Source of the DNA: Candidatus Saccharimonadota bacterium
Lineage (GTDB): Bacteria > Patescibacteriota > Patescibacteriia > 2-12-FULL-60-25
Length of the DNA stretch: 32,000 nt
Reading direction: 5' to 3'
Assembly (NCBI GenBank): GCA_963718585.1
Contig: OY970357.1
Span: 270,001 to 302,000 of the forward strand
Within the stretch, counting starts at the first letter, position 1; every line of letters begins with the position of its first letter. The notes beneath the pieces were generated by a model that saw nothing but the letters and a program-made list of their open reading frames with translations, did no database searches and was not told where the DNA came from. The translations under genes were made by a program, and so were the position numbers. Of this stretch, positions 8,709 to 17,014 are shown piece by piece.

Positions 8709-9125
8709 TCAAGAGGCGTATTCGAGGAGATAGAAGAAGATGCCAGAACCGATGGAAAGCGCCCAAAGAACGGCGAACGTGATCGTCAAAGGAGTGTGTT
8801 TTTTGAAAAAGTTCACGCCCTTCGCGTAGTTCTTCCATGCAACAAAAAAGAAGATGAGGAGGGCGATGAACATCAGCAAAGAGAGTGATCCATGGATGGC
8901 TGCGAATATGAGGTTGAAGACCGGCTCTGCGGTCGCCTGCGTGTGCGTCGTCGTCCGATAGATCATGTAGCTGATGTTGAACAGGATCTCGTAGGAGACG
9001 GCGATAGCGACCCAGGCCCGTGGAAACGCATTATGTTTGTATCCGCGATAGAGGGCGGTGTAGATGATGGCTGAGACGCCGAGTTCGGCGAACAGGGTGA
9101 CGGTGCTATACAGGGGTGCGGTCAT
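8709..9125 (-). CDS. small integral membrane protein (4 TM), hypothetical
   Basis: Trimmed to ATG 9125 (MTAPLYSTVTLFAELGVSAIIY...); ATG 9146 is an alternative. The longer track ORF runs through tRNA-Pro and its terminator and cannot be real. Confidence 0.6.
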   Translation of the reverse strand: MTAPLYSTVTLFAELGVSAIIYTALYRGYKHNAFPRAWVAIAVSYEILFNISYMIYRTTTHTQATAEPVFNLIFAAIHGSLSLLMFIALLIFFFVAWKNYAKGVNFFKKHTPLTITFAVLWALSIGSGIFFYLLEYAS

Positions 9126-9187
9126 ATCGTGTGAGTATACGCGCATTCCCGATCCCGTTCGAGTCTCACGCGCATATGATGACCCGC

Positions 9188-9214
9188 CAAAAAACCGCCG
9201 GATGGCGGTCTTTT
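9188..9214 (-). terminator. terminator downstream of tRNA-Pro (bidirectional-looking)
   Basis: Stem ACCGCC / GGCGGT (9194-9199 / 9204-9209) flanked by an A5 run on one side and T4 on the other. Confidence 0.5.
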
Positions 9215-9217
9215 GTC

Positions 9218-9293
<76 letters not shown>

Positions 9294-9397
9294 ACGGTGT
9301 TCTGAATGGGGGAAGACCCAATTTCGTGCGCGAATCATAGCAAGGGACGGGGCGGCTGGCAAGGATGGCGACTCCTGTGGCCAAGGTTGTAAAACCG

Positions 9398-9426
9398 TTG
9401 ACCTGAGGTCCGCATATGGCTATCAT
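9398..9426 (+). promoter_or_regulatory. putative promoter of uppS (TTGACC-17 nt-TATCAT)
   Basis: TTGACC at 9398-9403, 17-nt spacer, TATCAT at 9421-9426. If this promoter is used, translation would start at ATG 9440 rather than 9416. Confidence 0.3.
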
Positions 9427-10126
9427 CAACCCTACTGACATGACCGCCCCCTTGAAACATCTCGCGATCATCATGGACGGCAACCGTCGCTGGGCAAAGG
9501 AGCACGGGCGACCGTCTCTCGAAGGCCACCGCGCCGGTTACGAACGGATGAAGCAAGTCGGTGATTGGTGCCTCGATCGTGAGATCGAGGTGTTGACCGT
9601 ATTCGCGTTCTCCACGGAAAATTGGAAACGGGCCGAGGATGAGGTCGGATTTCTCATGGACCTTCTTGAATACGGGGTAAGTACGGACTTGAAACATTAC
9701 GTGGATCGGAACGTCCGTCTGCGTGTCATCGGTCGGCGGGACGGGCTGCGGCCTTCGGTCCTGCGCGCGATCGAGAAAGCCGAAGCTGAGACCGCGGATA
9801 ACACCCGTGCCACGTTTTGCATCTGCGTGAACTACGGCGGACGGGCGGAGATCGCCGACGCCTGTCGACGGATCGTTGCGGAGGGTCTCGCCTCCGATGA
9901 GGTGACGGAAGAAGCTCTGACCGCACACATGTATTGGCCGGGGATGCCGGATCCGGAGTTGGTGATCCGGACCTCGGGCGAAGAGCGACTCTCCGGATTT
10001 TTGACCTGGGAAAGCGTCTACAGCGAGATCCATTGGTGCGATAAACACTGGCCGGACTTTGATGAAGCAGAGCTCGATAGGGCGCTTGAGGATTACGCCG
10101 CCCGTCAGCGTCGGTTCGGAAAATAA
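9416..10126 (+). CDS. uppS: undecaprenyl-diphosphate synthase (cis-isoprenyl transferase)
   Basis: HLAIIMDGNRRWAKEHG, FAFSTENWKR and IRTSGEERLSGFLTWES motifs. Alternative start at ATG 9440. Confidence 0.9.
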   Translation: MAIINPTDMTAPLKHLAIIMDGNRRWAKEHGRPSLEGHRAGYERMKQVGDWCLDREIEVLTVFAFSTENWKRAEDEVGFLMDLLEYGVSTDLKHYVDRNVRLRVIGRRDGLRPSVLRAIEKAEAETADNTRATFCICVNYGGRAEIADACRRIVAEGLASDEVTEEALTAHMYWPGMPDPELVIRTSGEERLSGFLTWESVYSEIHWCDKHWPDFDEAELDRALEDYAARQRRFGK

Positions 10127-10150
10127 AAACGCCCCGGAAGACGGGGCGTT
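10118..10150 (-). terminator. terminator of the minus-strand small gene at 10170-10550, overlapping the uppS 3' end
   Basis: 9-bp stem AACGCCCCG / CGGGGCGTT (10128-10150). On the minus strand it is followed by TTTTTATTTT. There is no T-tract on the plus side. Confidence 0.55.
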
Positions 10151-10169
10151 GTGACGTGACGAGATCCGT

Positions 10170-10550
10170 TCAGGCTCGGGGAAGCTGCTGACCAGGTTCT
10201 CGCCCAGAGAGTTTCGTGAGAGCCGTGAAGATGATCTCGACGACCATGGACTCCTGGAGGACGTAGCCGATCGCGTGTCCGAACGGATTCATGATGCCGA
10301 CCTGCTCTCGTACGATGTTCGCCCGCAACGTGTCGAACCGTTTGGGATCGTACGTTCGAAGATGTTGGACGGTCGCGTCCGCGATGAACGCGTTGATCAT
10401 CTCGTTCAATTCCTCTGCTTGGATGAACACTCGATCGCCGTAGGTCTCATGGACGTGCAAGGCGGTCTTATGGACGATCTCGGCCATGTCTTCAAATCGG
10501 AATGCTTCACGACAGTAGTCGAGCAAGGCGAGAACGGAGTTGGATTCCAC
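10170..10550 (-). CDS. hypothetical small cytoplasmic protein (paralog A of a tandem pair)
   Basis: 126 aa with a GTG start preceded by AAGGAG 6 nt upstream. No motif that I recognise. Weak collinear similarity to the neighbouring gene at 10685-11071. Confidence 0.6.
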   Translation of the reverse strand: MESNSVLALLDYCREAFRFEDMAEIVHKTALHVHETYGDRVFIQAEELNEMINAFIADATVQHLRTYDPKRFDTLRANIVREQVGIMNPFGHAIGYVLQESMVVEIIFTALTKLSGREPGQQLPRA

Positions 10551-10630
10551 GTTTTCTCCTTTGAAAAAGCTGCTCGCACCGTAGCGGATCTTTCCCTCTC
10601 TGTCAACGGTGTGAGGGAGTCGTTGAGAGA

Positions 10631-10662
10631 AGAAAAAACCCCTCTGTCAGCCGGCAGAGGGG
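10631..10662 (-). terminator. rho-independent terminator between the two small paralogs
   Basis: Minus strand: CCCCTCTG-(8 nt)-CAGAGGGG followed by TTTTTTCT, about 20 nt after the stop at 10685. Confidence 0.6.
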
Positions 10663-10684
10663 TCGTGAGGAGGGGCGTCGCCCT

Positions 10685-11071
10685 TTAGTTCAATAGGTCG
10701 TGACGTGATCCCTTCTGATCTAGCATGACAAGGTACTGCACGCGGTCTATCACGCGGTCGACGATGCCTGCCGCGGTCATGTTGTCCGTGAATCGATCGG
10801 CGACGCTGTCTTGGCCGACCTCATGTTCCTGCTTCAACTGAGCGATGAGGGAGGTGACGTGTTCCGGACGGAATGCTCTCAGGCGGTGGTAGAGCTGTTT
10901 GATGGTCGCGCACTGGATGATGATGTAAATGTGCGTTTCGCTTAAGTCACGCGCATCCATCTGGGGTTTGAGGATGGAGAAGACGTCTTGAGCAATATCG
11001 TCCACATCAAGGCGACGCACGGTCTCTCGGCAAAGTGCGTCAAACTGCTCGTAGCGGTTTGTTGGTTCCAT
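10685..11071 (-). CDS. hypothetical small cytoplasmic protein (paralog B of a tandem pair)
   Basis: Trimmed to ATG 11071 (MEPTNRYEQFDALCRE...), preceded by GGGAGGG. 128 aa. The longer track ORF is antisense to rarA and Arg/Pro-rich. Confidence 0.6.
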   Translation of the reverse strand: MEPTNRYEQFDALCRETVRRLDVDDIAQDVFSILKPQMDARDLSETHIYIIIQCATIKQLYHRLRAFRPEHVTSLIAQLKQEHEVGQDSVADRFTDNMTAAGIVDRVIDRVQYLVMLDQKGSRHDLLN

Positions 11072-11134
11072 GAAACCCTCCCTGTCAAAGGAACGCATAG
11101 AGAATTGCACGACGTTGAGACGTCCGTCAATCTC

Positions 11135-11163
11135 TTGCGGAAAGAAGCGGGGTGTTCTACATT
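11135..11163 (+). promoter_or_regulatory. putative rarA promoter (TTGCGG-17 nt-TACATT), -10 only 8 nt from the ATG
   Basis: TTGCGG at 11135-11140, 17-nt spacer, TACATT at 11158-11163, ATG at 11172 with no SD. This implies a leaderless or near-leaderless transcript. Confidence 0.35.
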
Positions 11164-11171
11164 TGTTCCAT

Positions 11172-12449
11172 ATGAAGACCTTGTTTGATGCGGCAAATGC
11201 CCAGCGGCGGAAGATCTTTGCGCCGCTGGCGGATCGCATGCGGCCGGTATCTCTCGATGAGGTCCTTGGGCAGCCGGACCTGACGCGCGCGGGATCCCCC
11301 TTTCGGGCCGTGTTGGAATCAGGCTCTGTGCCTTCGATGATCCTGTGGGGACCGCCGGGGTCGGGGAAGACGACGTTGGCCCGACTCGTGGCCGAGATCG
11401 CGGGATTCGCATTCGTCCAATTGTCCGCGGTCACATCCGGGTTAGCCGAGGTGCGGCAGGTCATCCGTCAGGCGGAGAATGATCTTGATTTCAATGGCAA
11501 ACGGACGGTGCTTTTCATCGATGAGATCCATCGGTTCAACAAGGCGCAGCAGGATGCCTTTCTTCCCCACGTCGAAGCCGGGACCATGATCCTCGTGGGT
11601 GCGACGACGGAGAATCCGAGTTTTGAGGTGAACGCCGCTTTGTTGTCACGGTGTAAGGTCTTTGTCGTGCATCGGCTGGAAGAAGAAGATATCAAGACCA
11701 TCATCGAGCGCGCGCTGACGGATCCGGAGCGGGGATTGGGTGTCCAACCGGTCGTGATGCCGCCGGACGTACGTGAGGAGATCGTCATCGTCGCGGATGG
11801 GGATGCGCGGACCGCGTTGAACACGTTGGAGTATCTCGTCAAAGCGACGCCCGCGGTCGAGGACCCCAAGACCAAGAAGAAGCGCATCACACTCACACTG
11901 GAACGTCTGCGGACCCTGCTGCAAAGGTCTCATCATCTGTATGACAAGACCGGGGAAGAGCACTACAACATCATCTCCGCGCTCCACAAATCGCTGCGCG
12001 GGTCGGATGTGAACGCCTCGTTATATTGGCTCGGACGGATGCTTGAGAGCGGAGAGGACCCGTTGTATATCGCGCGTCGGTTGGTGCGGTTCGCCTCCGA
12101 AGACATCGGACTCGCGGATCCGCAGGCGCTCGTGCAGGCGACGACGGGATATCAAGCCAGCCATTATCTCGGCATGCCAGAGTGCAACGTGATCCTCGCG
12201 CAGGTCGTGGCGTATCTTGCGAAGGCCCCGAAGTCGAACAGACTGTACGAAGCCTATTCTGCCGTACGCGAGGATATCCGCCGTTTGCCGAACGCATCGG
12301 TTCCGCTCCACATCCGAAATGCTCCGACCAAACTCATGAAGGATCTGGGGTATGGCAAGGGCTATAAATACAACCCGGCCTACGCGGAGCCTGTGGAGCA
12401 GGATTACCTGCCCAATGAGCTGAAAGGCCGGACCTACCTTGAGGATTGA
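11172..12449 (+). CDS. rarA: replication-associated recombination protein A (MgsA/RarA AAA+ ATPase)
   Basis: Trimmed to ATG 11172 (MKTLFDAANAQ...). Walker A GPPGSGKTT, Walker B VLFIDEIHRFNKAQQD, and C-terminal MgsA region HYNIISALHKSLRGSD...LYWLGRML. Confidence 0.9.
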   Translation: MKTLFDAANAQRRKIFAPLADRMRPVSLDEVLGQPDLTRAGSPFRAVLESGSVPSMILWGPPGSGKTTLARLVAEIAGFAFVQLSAVTSGLAEVRQVIRQAENDLDFNGKRTVLFIDEIHRFNKAQQDAFLPHVEAGTMILVGATTENPSFEVNAALLSRCKVFVVHRLEEEDIKTIIERALTDPERGLGVQPVVMPPDVREEIVIVADGDARTALNTLEYLVKATPAVEDPKTKKKRITLTLERLRTLLQRSHHLYDKTGEEHYNIISALHKSLRGSDVNASLYWLGRMLESGEDPLYIARRLVRFASEDIGLADPQALVQATTGYQASHYLGMPECNVILAQVVAYLAKAPKSNRLYEAYSAVREDIRRLPNASVPLHIRNAPTKLMKDLGYGKGYKYNPAYAEPVEQDYLPNELKGRTYLED

Positions 12450-12475
12450 CCTTGGGCCACGGGCGCACGTTTGCG

Positions 12476-12484
12476 TGCTATCAT
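12476..12484 (+). promoter_or_regulatory. extended -10 box TGcTATCAT, 6 nt upstream of ATG 12491
   Basis: The 13-mer TGCGTGCTATCAT (12472-12484) is identical to 3876-3888. No SD before the ATG. Confidence 0.35.
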
Positions 12485-12490
12485 GGCCCC

Positions 12491-13531
12491 ATGAAGCGAT
12501 TTTTCGTCGTTCTGTTTCTTATCGTCCTTGTGGGGGCCGGGGGAACAGCGTGGTGGCTATTGCGCGACTCGCCGGACAAGGTGATCCGTGATGCTGTCAC
12601 CTCCTTGACCGCCCTCCAGGGAGCGGATCGCATGACGCTCGATGTCGCCGTGACGGATCCGCAGACCCGCGTGACGGGCGGGCTCACGTTTGTCGGACGT
12701 ATCAACGCGTCGGATCTGTCGCATGTGCAGGCGCTGGGGGTCGTCCAGTCGACGGCGCCGAAGGTCGGGGCCACGCCCGAGACCGTCGATGTCGTGATGA
12801 GTACGGATACGATCGCGTTGCGGCCGGTGCAGGTCGATGCGGAACAGGAAGCACGATACCAGGCCCTTGCGCAGGATCCGTCACACGCCACGTTCATCCG
12901 GGTCGATCGGGACGGTCTTTTGAAGAAGTACGGATATGGGGTCGGGGTCGCTCACGCCTCAGACGCCTCCATCCGGGAAGCTCTCCGTTCGATCGGCGGC
13001 ATCCCTCGCGCGGACGGGGGGATCACCGCGTCTACGGAGAATGGACGAGATGTATTGACCGTGCCATTCCACCTTGATGTCGGGAATCTCCGTGCATGGT
13101 TCATCACCGCGGTCCGCGCGTGGACCGGCGCAGCGCCGACACCGGAAGCATACGGTTGGATCGACCGGATCGTGAACGGAGCGGGACACGGGTCATTCCA
13201 GGTCACCATCGATTCGCAGACCCGATCCCTGGTCCGGATCGAAGGTTCGTGGCGTGTCGTGGATAATACGGGAAGTGTCCTCTCGCTCGTCCACGCCGTC
13301 TTTGAGACCGGACAGGCCGATGGGTTCGGTCCGATCACGATCCCACAAGGAGCATTGGATGTCAGTGACGCGCTTCTTGGGACGGGGACAGCGGCTCCGT
13401 CCGGACTGCCCGGATCGGCGACGCGTGCGGAACCGTTGCCCGTTGTCCGACCGACAACTCCGAGTACGCCGCAGATCGATCTCTTTTCGACATATCAGGA
13501 GGAGATCCGGAATAAAAAGAACGTGTATTGA
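12491..13531 (+). CDS. membrane-anchored hypothetical protein upstream of the PBP gene
   Basis: Trimmed to ATG 12491 (MKRFFVVLFLIVLVGAGGTAWWLL = signal anchor). 346 aa with a Pro/Thr-rich C-terminus. No recognisable motif. Confidence 0.55.
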   Translation: MKRFFVVLFLIVLVGAGGTAWWLLRDSPDKVIRDAVTSLTALQGADRMTLDVAVTDPQTRVTGGLTFVGRINASDLSHVQALGVVQSTAPKVGATPETVDVVMSTDTIALRPVQVDAEQEARYQALAQDPSHATFIRVDRDGLLKKYGYGVGVAHASDASIREALRSIGGIPRADGGITASTENGRDVLTVPFHLDVGNLRAWFITAVRAWTGAAPTPEAYGWIDRIVNGAGHGSFQVTIDSQTRSLVRIEGSWRVVDNTGSVLSLVHAVFETGQADGFGPITIPQGALDVSDALLGTGTAAPSGLPGSATRAEPLPVVRPTTPSTPQIDLFSTYQEEIRNKKNVY

Positions 13532-13534
13532 GGT

Positions 13535-15346
13535 ATGCGGATGTACCGAGGTGGCCGGCGTCATGCCGGAGACAAGAAGGATCGCATCACCTGGCTGATC
13601 TACGGATTTGCCTTCCTGGGGATCCTCCTCGTTCTCCGCCTCGGCTATCTGCAGATCATGCAGTACGGCTTGTACGCCTTCCTGGCGTCGGATCAGCACG
13701 ATCTGCAGACGAAGTTGCTCCCGACACGCGGACAGATCCTTGTCCGCGACCGTGCGGACGGCGCGCTCCATCCGCTGGCCACCAATCAACTGACGTACCA
13801 GATCTATGCTGTCCCGCGGGAAATGGATGATGCGGTCACCGAGGGGCGTTCACTGGCATCCGCGCTCGGCGTAGACGATGTCGATCTGGTCAGCCGATTG
13901 ACGGCGCGGCCGGATAGCGCGTACACACCGGTCGCAAAAGACGCATCCCCGCAACAGGCGGATGCCGTGAGAGCCCTTGGTCTCAAAGGTGTCGGCATCG
14001 TGCAGACGACGTCGCGTTTTTATCCAGAGGTAGGCGTGGGCGGACAGCTTATCGGATTCGTCACACAGGCGGACAATGCGATCCCCAAAGGGCAATATGG
14101 GATCGAAGGTTCGTACAATACGACGTTGAGCGGGACGCCTGGCACCCTGTTCGCCGAAAAAGACGCGAGCGGGCGTCGGCTCACGATCGGGAATACACAG
14201 ATGACTCAAGCCACGGATGGCTCCGATGTGGTCCTGACCATCGATCGGTCGATCCAGTACAAGGCGTGTGATGTGATCCAGCGTGCGGTCAAAACGCACG
14301 GAGCCGATCAGGGGTCCATCATCATCATCGATCCGCAGACGGGTGCCATCCTCGCGATGTGTTCAGCCCCGGATTTCGATCCCGCGCATTACAACGAGAT
14401 CAAGGATCTCTCGGTCTTGAACAACCCGGTCACCTTCGATGCATACGAGCCGGGATCGATCTTCAAGGCTATTACCATGGCCGGTGGATTGGATGCAGGA
14501 AAGGTCCTTCCCGGAACGACGTATCTCGACAACGGATTCGAAGAGATCGACGGATTCAAGATCAAGAACTCCGACGCCCGTGCGCACGGCGTGCAGACCA
14601 TGACGCAGGTACTCGATGAATCGCTCAACACTGGCGCGATCTTCGTCCAGCGTCAGCTCGGCAAAAGCCTCTTCCAGAAATACGTCGAGGCCTTCGGATT
14701 CGGTGTGAAGACCGGCGTCGAACTCTCACCGGAGTCCAAAGGGAACGTCTCCTCCTTGTCGAAGAAGGGAGATGTCTATCCTGCCACGGCCTCCTTCGGT
14801 CAAGGGATCACGGTCACGCCGCTGCAGATCACGTCCGCATATGCGGCACTCGCGAATGGCGGACACTTGATGCGCCCATATGTCGTGGATGAGGTCATCC
14901 ATCCGGACGGGACCACGGAAAAGACCAAGCCCGTCGAGGTCGGAACGCCGATCTCCACGCGTGCGTCACGTCTCATCACGGGTATGCTCGTTTCCGTGGT
15001 CGAGAATGGTCACGGCAAACAGGCGGGTGTCCCGGGCTACTGGGTCGCTGGGAAGACCGGGACCGCGCAGGTCGCTCGGACGGATGGATTGGGATATCAG
15101 ACCGACAATACGGTCGGGTCTTTCGCAGGGTACGCCCCATCCGGCGATCCGAAATTCGTCATGCTCGTGAAGATCGATCATCCGCGGGACGTGCAATGGG
15201 CCGAATCGTCGGCCGCACCGGTGTTCGGGGAGATGGCCAAATATTTGCTGACCTATCTACAGGTGCCGCCGGAACGGCCGTTGAAGGGTCCGCCGCCGGC
15301 CCCGGTCTTGCCCCCGACGCCCGCAGCGACTACAACGACACCATGA
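13535..15346 (+). CDS. class B penicillin-binding protein (FtsI/PBP2-type peptidoglycan D,D-transpeptidase)
   Basis: N-terminal TM anchor. SxxK = SIFK (EPGSIFKAITMA), SxN = SLN, KTG = KTGTA. Pro-rich C-terminal tail. Confidence 0.9.
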   Translation: MRMYRGGRRHAGDKKDRITWLIYGFAFLGILLVLRLGYLQIMQYGLYAFLASDQHDLQTKLLPTRGQILVRDRADGALHPLATNQLTYQIYAVPREMDDAVTEGRSLASALGVDDVDLVSRLTARPDSAYTPVAKDASPQQADAVRALGLKGVGIVQTTSRFYPEVGVGGQLIGFVTQADNAIPKGQYGIEGSYNTTLSGTPGTLFAEKDASGRRLTIGNTQMTQATDGSDVVLTIDRSIQYKACDVIQRAVKTHGADQGSIIIIDPQTGAILAMCSAPDFDPAHYNEIKDLSVLNNPVTFDAYEPGSIFKAITMAGGLDAGKVLPGTTYLDNGFEEIDGFKIKNSDARAHGVQTMTQVLDESLNTGAIFVQRQLGKSLFQKYVEAFGFGVKTGVELSPESKGNVSSLSKKGDVYPATASFGQGITVTPLQITSAYAALANGGHLMRPYVVDEVIHPDGTTEKTKPVEVGTPISTRASRLITGMLVSVVENGHGKQAGVPGYWVAGKTGTAQVARTDGLGYQTDNTVGSFAGYAPSGDPKFVMLVKIDHPRDVQWAESSAAPVFGEMAKYLLTYLQVPPERPLKGPPPAPVLPPTPAATTTTP

Positions 15347-16662
15347 CTCGTATGACCATGAAACGTCTCATTGAACGGTTCCTCGGATGGTGTGTGCGCA
15401 TCTCGGTGGCGCGGGAGCGACCGCTGATCATCGCCGTTGCCGGTTCCGTCGGAAAATCCTCGACGAAGACCGCTATCGGGATCGCCCTGGGTGCCGGTGA
15501 GCTCGGAACCCGTGTTGCCGTATCCGCGAAGAACTACAACAACGAGCTGGGCATACCGCTTGCGATCTTCGGCTGCGACGCCCCGGGTCGTTCGGTGTGG
15601 AAGTGGCTTGTATTGATCGCAAAAGCGAAGTTGGTCGCATTCGGTCTTGCGCGGCTCCGTGCGAAGACCTTCGTCCTCGAGATGGCGGCGGATCACCCCG
15701 GAGACCTCGCGTATCTGACGCGGATCGCACCTCCGACCATGGGCGTCCTGACCGCCGTCGGACCGGAACATACGGAATTTTTGGGAGACGTTGACGGCGT
15801 TTTGAAAGAGGAGTCGACGGTCCTCACCGTCCTACCGCCGGATGGCGTGGCCGTGATCAACGCAGATGACCCCTTGGTTCGCGAGGCGGCGAATGACCTG
15901 TCGGCCAAACGGACAGCGTTTGGCATGGCGGAAGACGCGATCGTGCGTCTGCTGAGCACAGAAGTTGCGATCGATGCGGCACAGCCCGCATCATCCGGAT
16001 TGGACGTCACGGTCTGTCTCTACAATGTGCAAAGGACGTTTCGGCTGGTCGGGACGGTCGGGCGTCCGCAGGCGTATGCCGCTGCTGCGGCCATCGCAGT
16101 GGGGGATGCCATGGATCTGGATGTCGATGAGATGGTCGGACGGATCGCGGATCGATTCCATGGGATGGCCGGTCGGATGCGCCTATTGGAAGGGATCAAA
16201 CACACTTGGCTCATCGATGACTCCTATAATTCCTCTCCGCTCGCCGCACACTCTGCGATCCGTGATCTTGCCGCTTTCCCGGTGTCGGAAGGTGGTCGTC
16301 GGATCGCTGCGATGGGGGACATGCTTGAACTCGGCTCCTTGAGCGAAGAGGCGCACCGTGACATGGGATGCGCCATCGCGGAGAATGGGATTGACATGCT
16401 CGTCGCGTGTGGTACACTCGCGCACGTCGTTGCCGAGGCAGCGGTCGCACGGGGCATGTCCTCGGACGCGGTCTTCACATTCGCCAAGAGCTCCGAGGCG
16501 GGTCTGTTCATTCAGGACCGTTTGAAGGAACACGACGTGGTCTTGGTCAAAGGGTCGCAAGGAGCGCGGATGGAACGGATCAGCAAAGAGCTGATGGCCC
16601 ATCCGGAAAAAGCGGAGAAGTTGCTTGTGAGGCATACGAAGGATTGGCTCGAGAGAAGCTAG
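15343..16662 (+). CDS. murF: UDP-N-acetylmuramoyl-tripeptide--D-alanyl-D-alanine ligase
   Basis: Trimmed to ATG 15343, which overlaps the PBP stop (ATGA). Mur-ligase P-loop GSVGKSSTK, and the DDSYNSSP motif that I associate with MurF. Confidence 0.85.
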   Translation: MTRMTMKRLIERFLGWCVRISVARERPLIIAVAGSVGKSSTKTAIGIALGAGELGTRVAVSAKNYNNELGIPLAIFGCDAPGRSVWKWLVLIAKAKLVAFGLARLRAKTFVLEMAADHPGDLAYLTRIAPPTMGVLTAVGPEHTEFLGDVDGVLKEESTVLTVLPPDGVAVINADDPLVREAANDLSAKRTAFGMAEDAIVRLLSTEVAIDAAQPASSGLDVTVCLYNVQRTFRLVGTVGRPQAYAAAAAIAVGDAMDLDVDEMVGRIADRFHGMAGRMRLLEGIKHTWLIDDSYNSSPLAAHSAIRDLAAFPVSEGGRRIAAMGDMLELGSLSEEAHRDMGCAIAENGIDMLVACGTLAHVVAEAAVARGMSSDAVFTFAKSSEAGLFIQDRLKEHDVVLVKGSQGARMERISKELMAHPEKAEKLLVRHTKDWLERS

Positions 16663-16743
16663 AATCTAGAAGCTAGAATCTAGTGAGCCTGTAAGTCTGC
16701 CTACACTGTTCTCGCCTAGATTCTAGACCCAGCTTCTAGATCC
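16657..16743. repeat. CTAG-rich tandem plus inverted repeat forming a long imperfect hairpin
   Basis: 14-nt tandem units AGCTAGAATCTAGA / AGCTAGAATCTAGT at 16657-16684. Their reverse complement CTAGATTCTAG..AGCTTCTAGA lies at 16716-16740. Seven CTAG tetramers in 87 nt. Overlaps the murF stop and ends 7 nt before tRNA-Glu. Confidence 0.7.
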
Positions 16744-16749
16744 TCCCAC

Positions 16750-16824
16750 GGCGCCATCGTCTATCGGTTAGGACGCTAGGTTCTCATCCTGGAAAGAGGG
16801 GTTCGATTCCCCTTGGCGCTACCA
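16750..16824 (+). tRNA. tRNA-Glu (anticodon CTC)
   Basis: GGCGCCA-TC-GTCT-ATCGGTTA-GGAC-G-CTAGG-TTCTCAT-CCTGG-AAAG-AGGGG-TTCGATT-CCCCT-TGGCGCT-A-CCA. 75 nt, G1:U72 wobble. Confidence 0.9.
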
Positions 16825-16861
16825 AACAGAAAACCCCCGAAATGGGGGTTTTCTGTTTGGT
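16821..16861 (+). terminator. terminator hairpin whose 5' arm starts in the ACCA end of tRNA-Glu
   Basis: Perfect 18-bp stem ACCAAACAGAAAACCCCC / GGGGGTTTTCTGTTTGGT with loop GAAAT. U-rich 3' arm. Confidence 0.6.
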
Positions 16862-17014
16862 GTTGAACAAGCAGGGGATCAAACGGGGAGGGATAGGAAA
16901 CCGGGAGGTTCCCTTGGCAGAGGGAAGGAGTCTGCCCGGGGCGGACGAGTTGGGAACCGATGGGTTCCCAAAAGCGAACGGAGTGAGCGTGAGATTCCCC
17001 TTGGCGCTACCAAA
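16862..17014 (+). repeat. tRNA-tail-capped structured module, copy G (ends in a 22-nt perfect copy of the tRNA-Glu 3' end)
   Basis: GATTCCCCTTGGCGCTACCAAA at 16993-17014 equals 16805-16826. The body contains GCAGGGGATCAAACGGGGAGGG, two GGAACC/GGTTCC hairpins and AGCGAACGGAGTGAGC, collinear with 25455-25593. No conserved ORF. Confidence 0.6.

Noticed and set aside
10685-11464. Long forms of the facing ORFs 10685-11464 (-) and 11070-12449 (+), which overlap each other by about 400 nt
   Set aside because: Each extension is antisense to the other gene's conserved part and has low-complexity Arg/Ser/Pro composition. Internal ATGs (11071 with an SD; 11172 just before the conserved RarA N-terminus) give standard-length proteins and a 100-bp divergent promoter gap.
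16657-16684. Tandem 14-nt CTAG repeats as a possible mini CRISPR or repeat array
   Set aside because: There are only two directly abutting units with no spacers, and the third copy is inverted. No cas genes are present. It behaves as a hairpin or inverted repeat, not an array.
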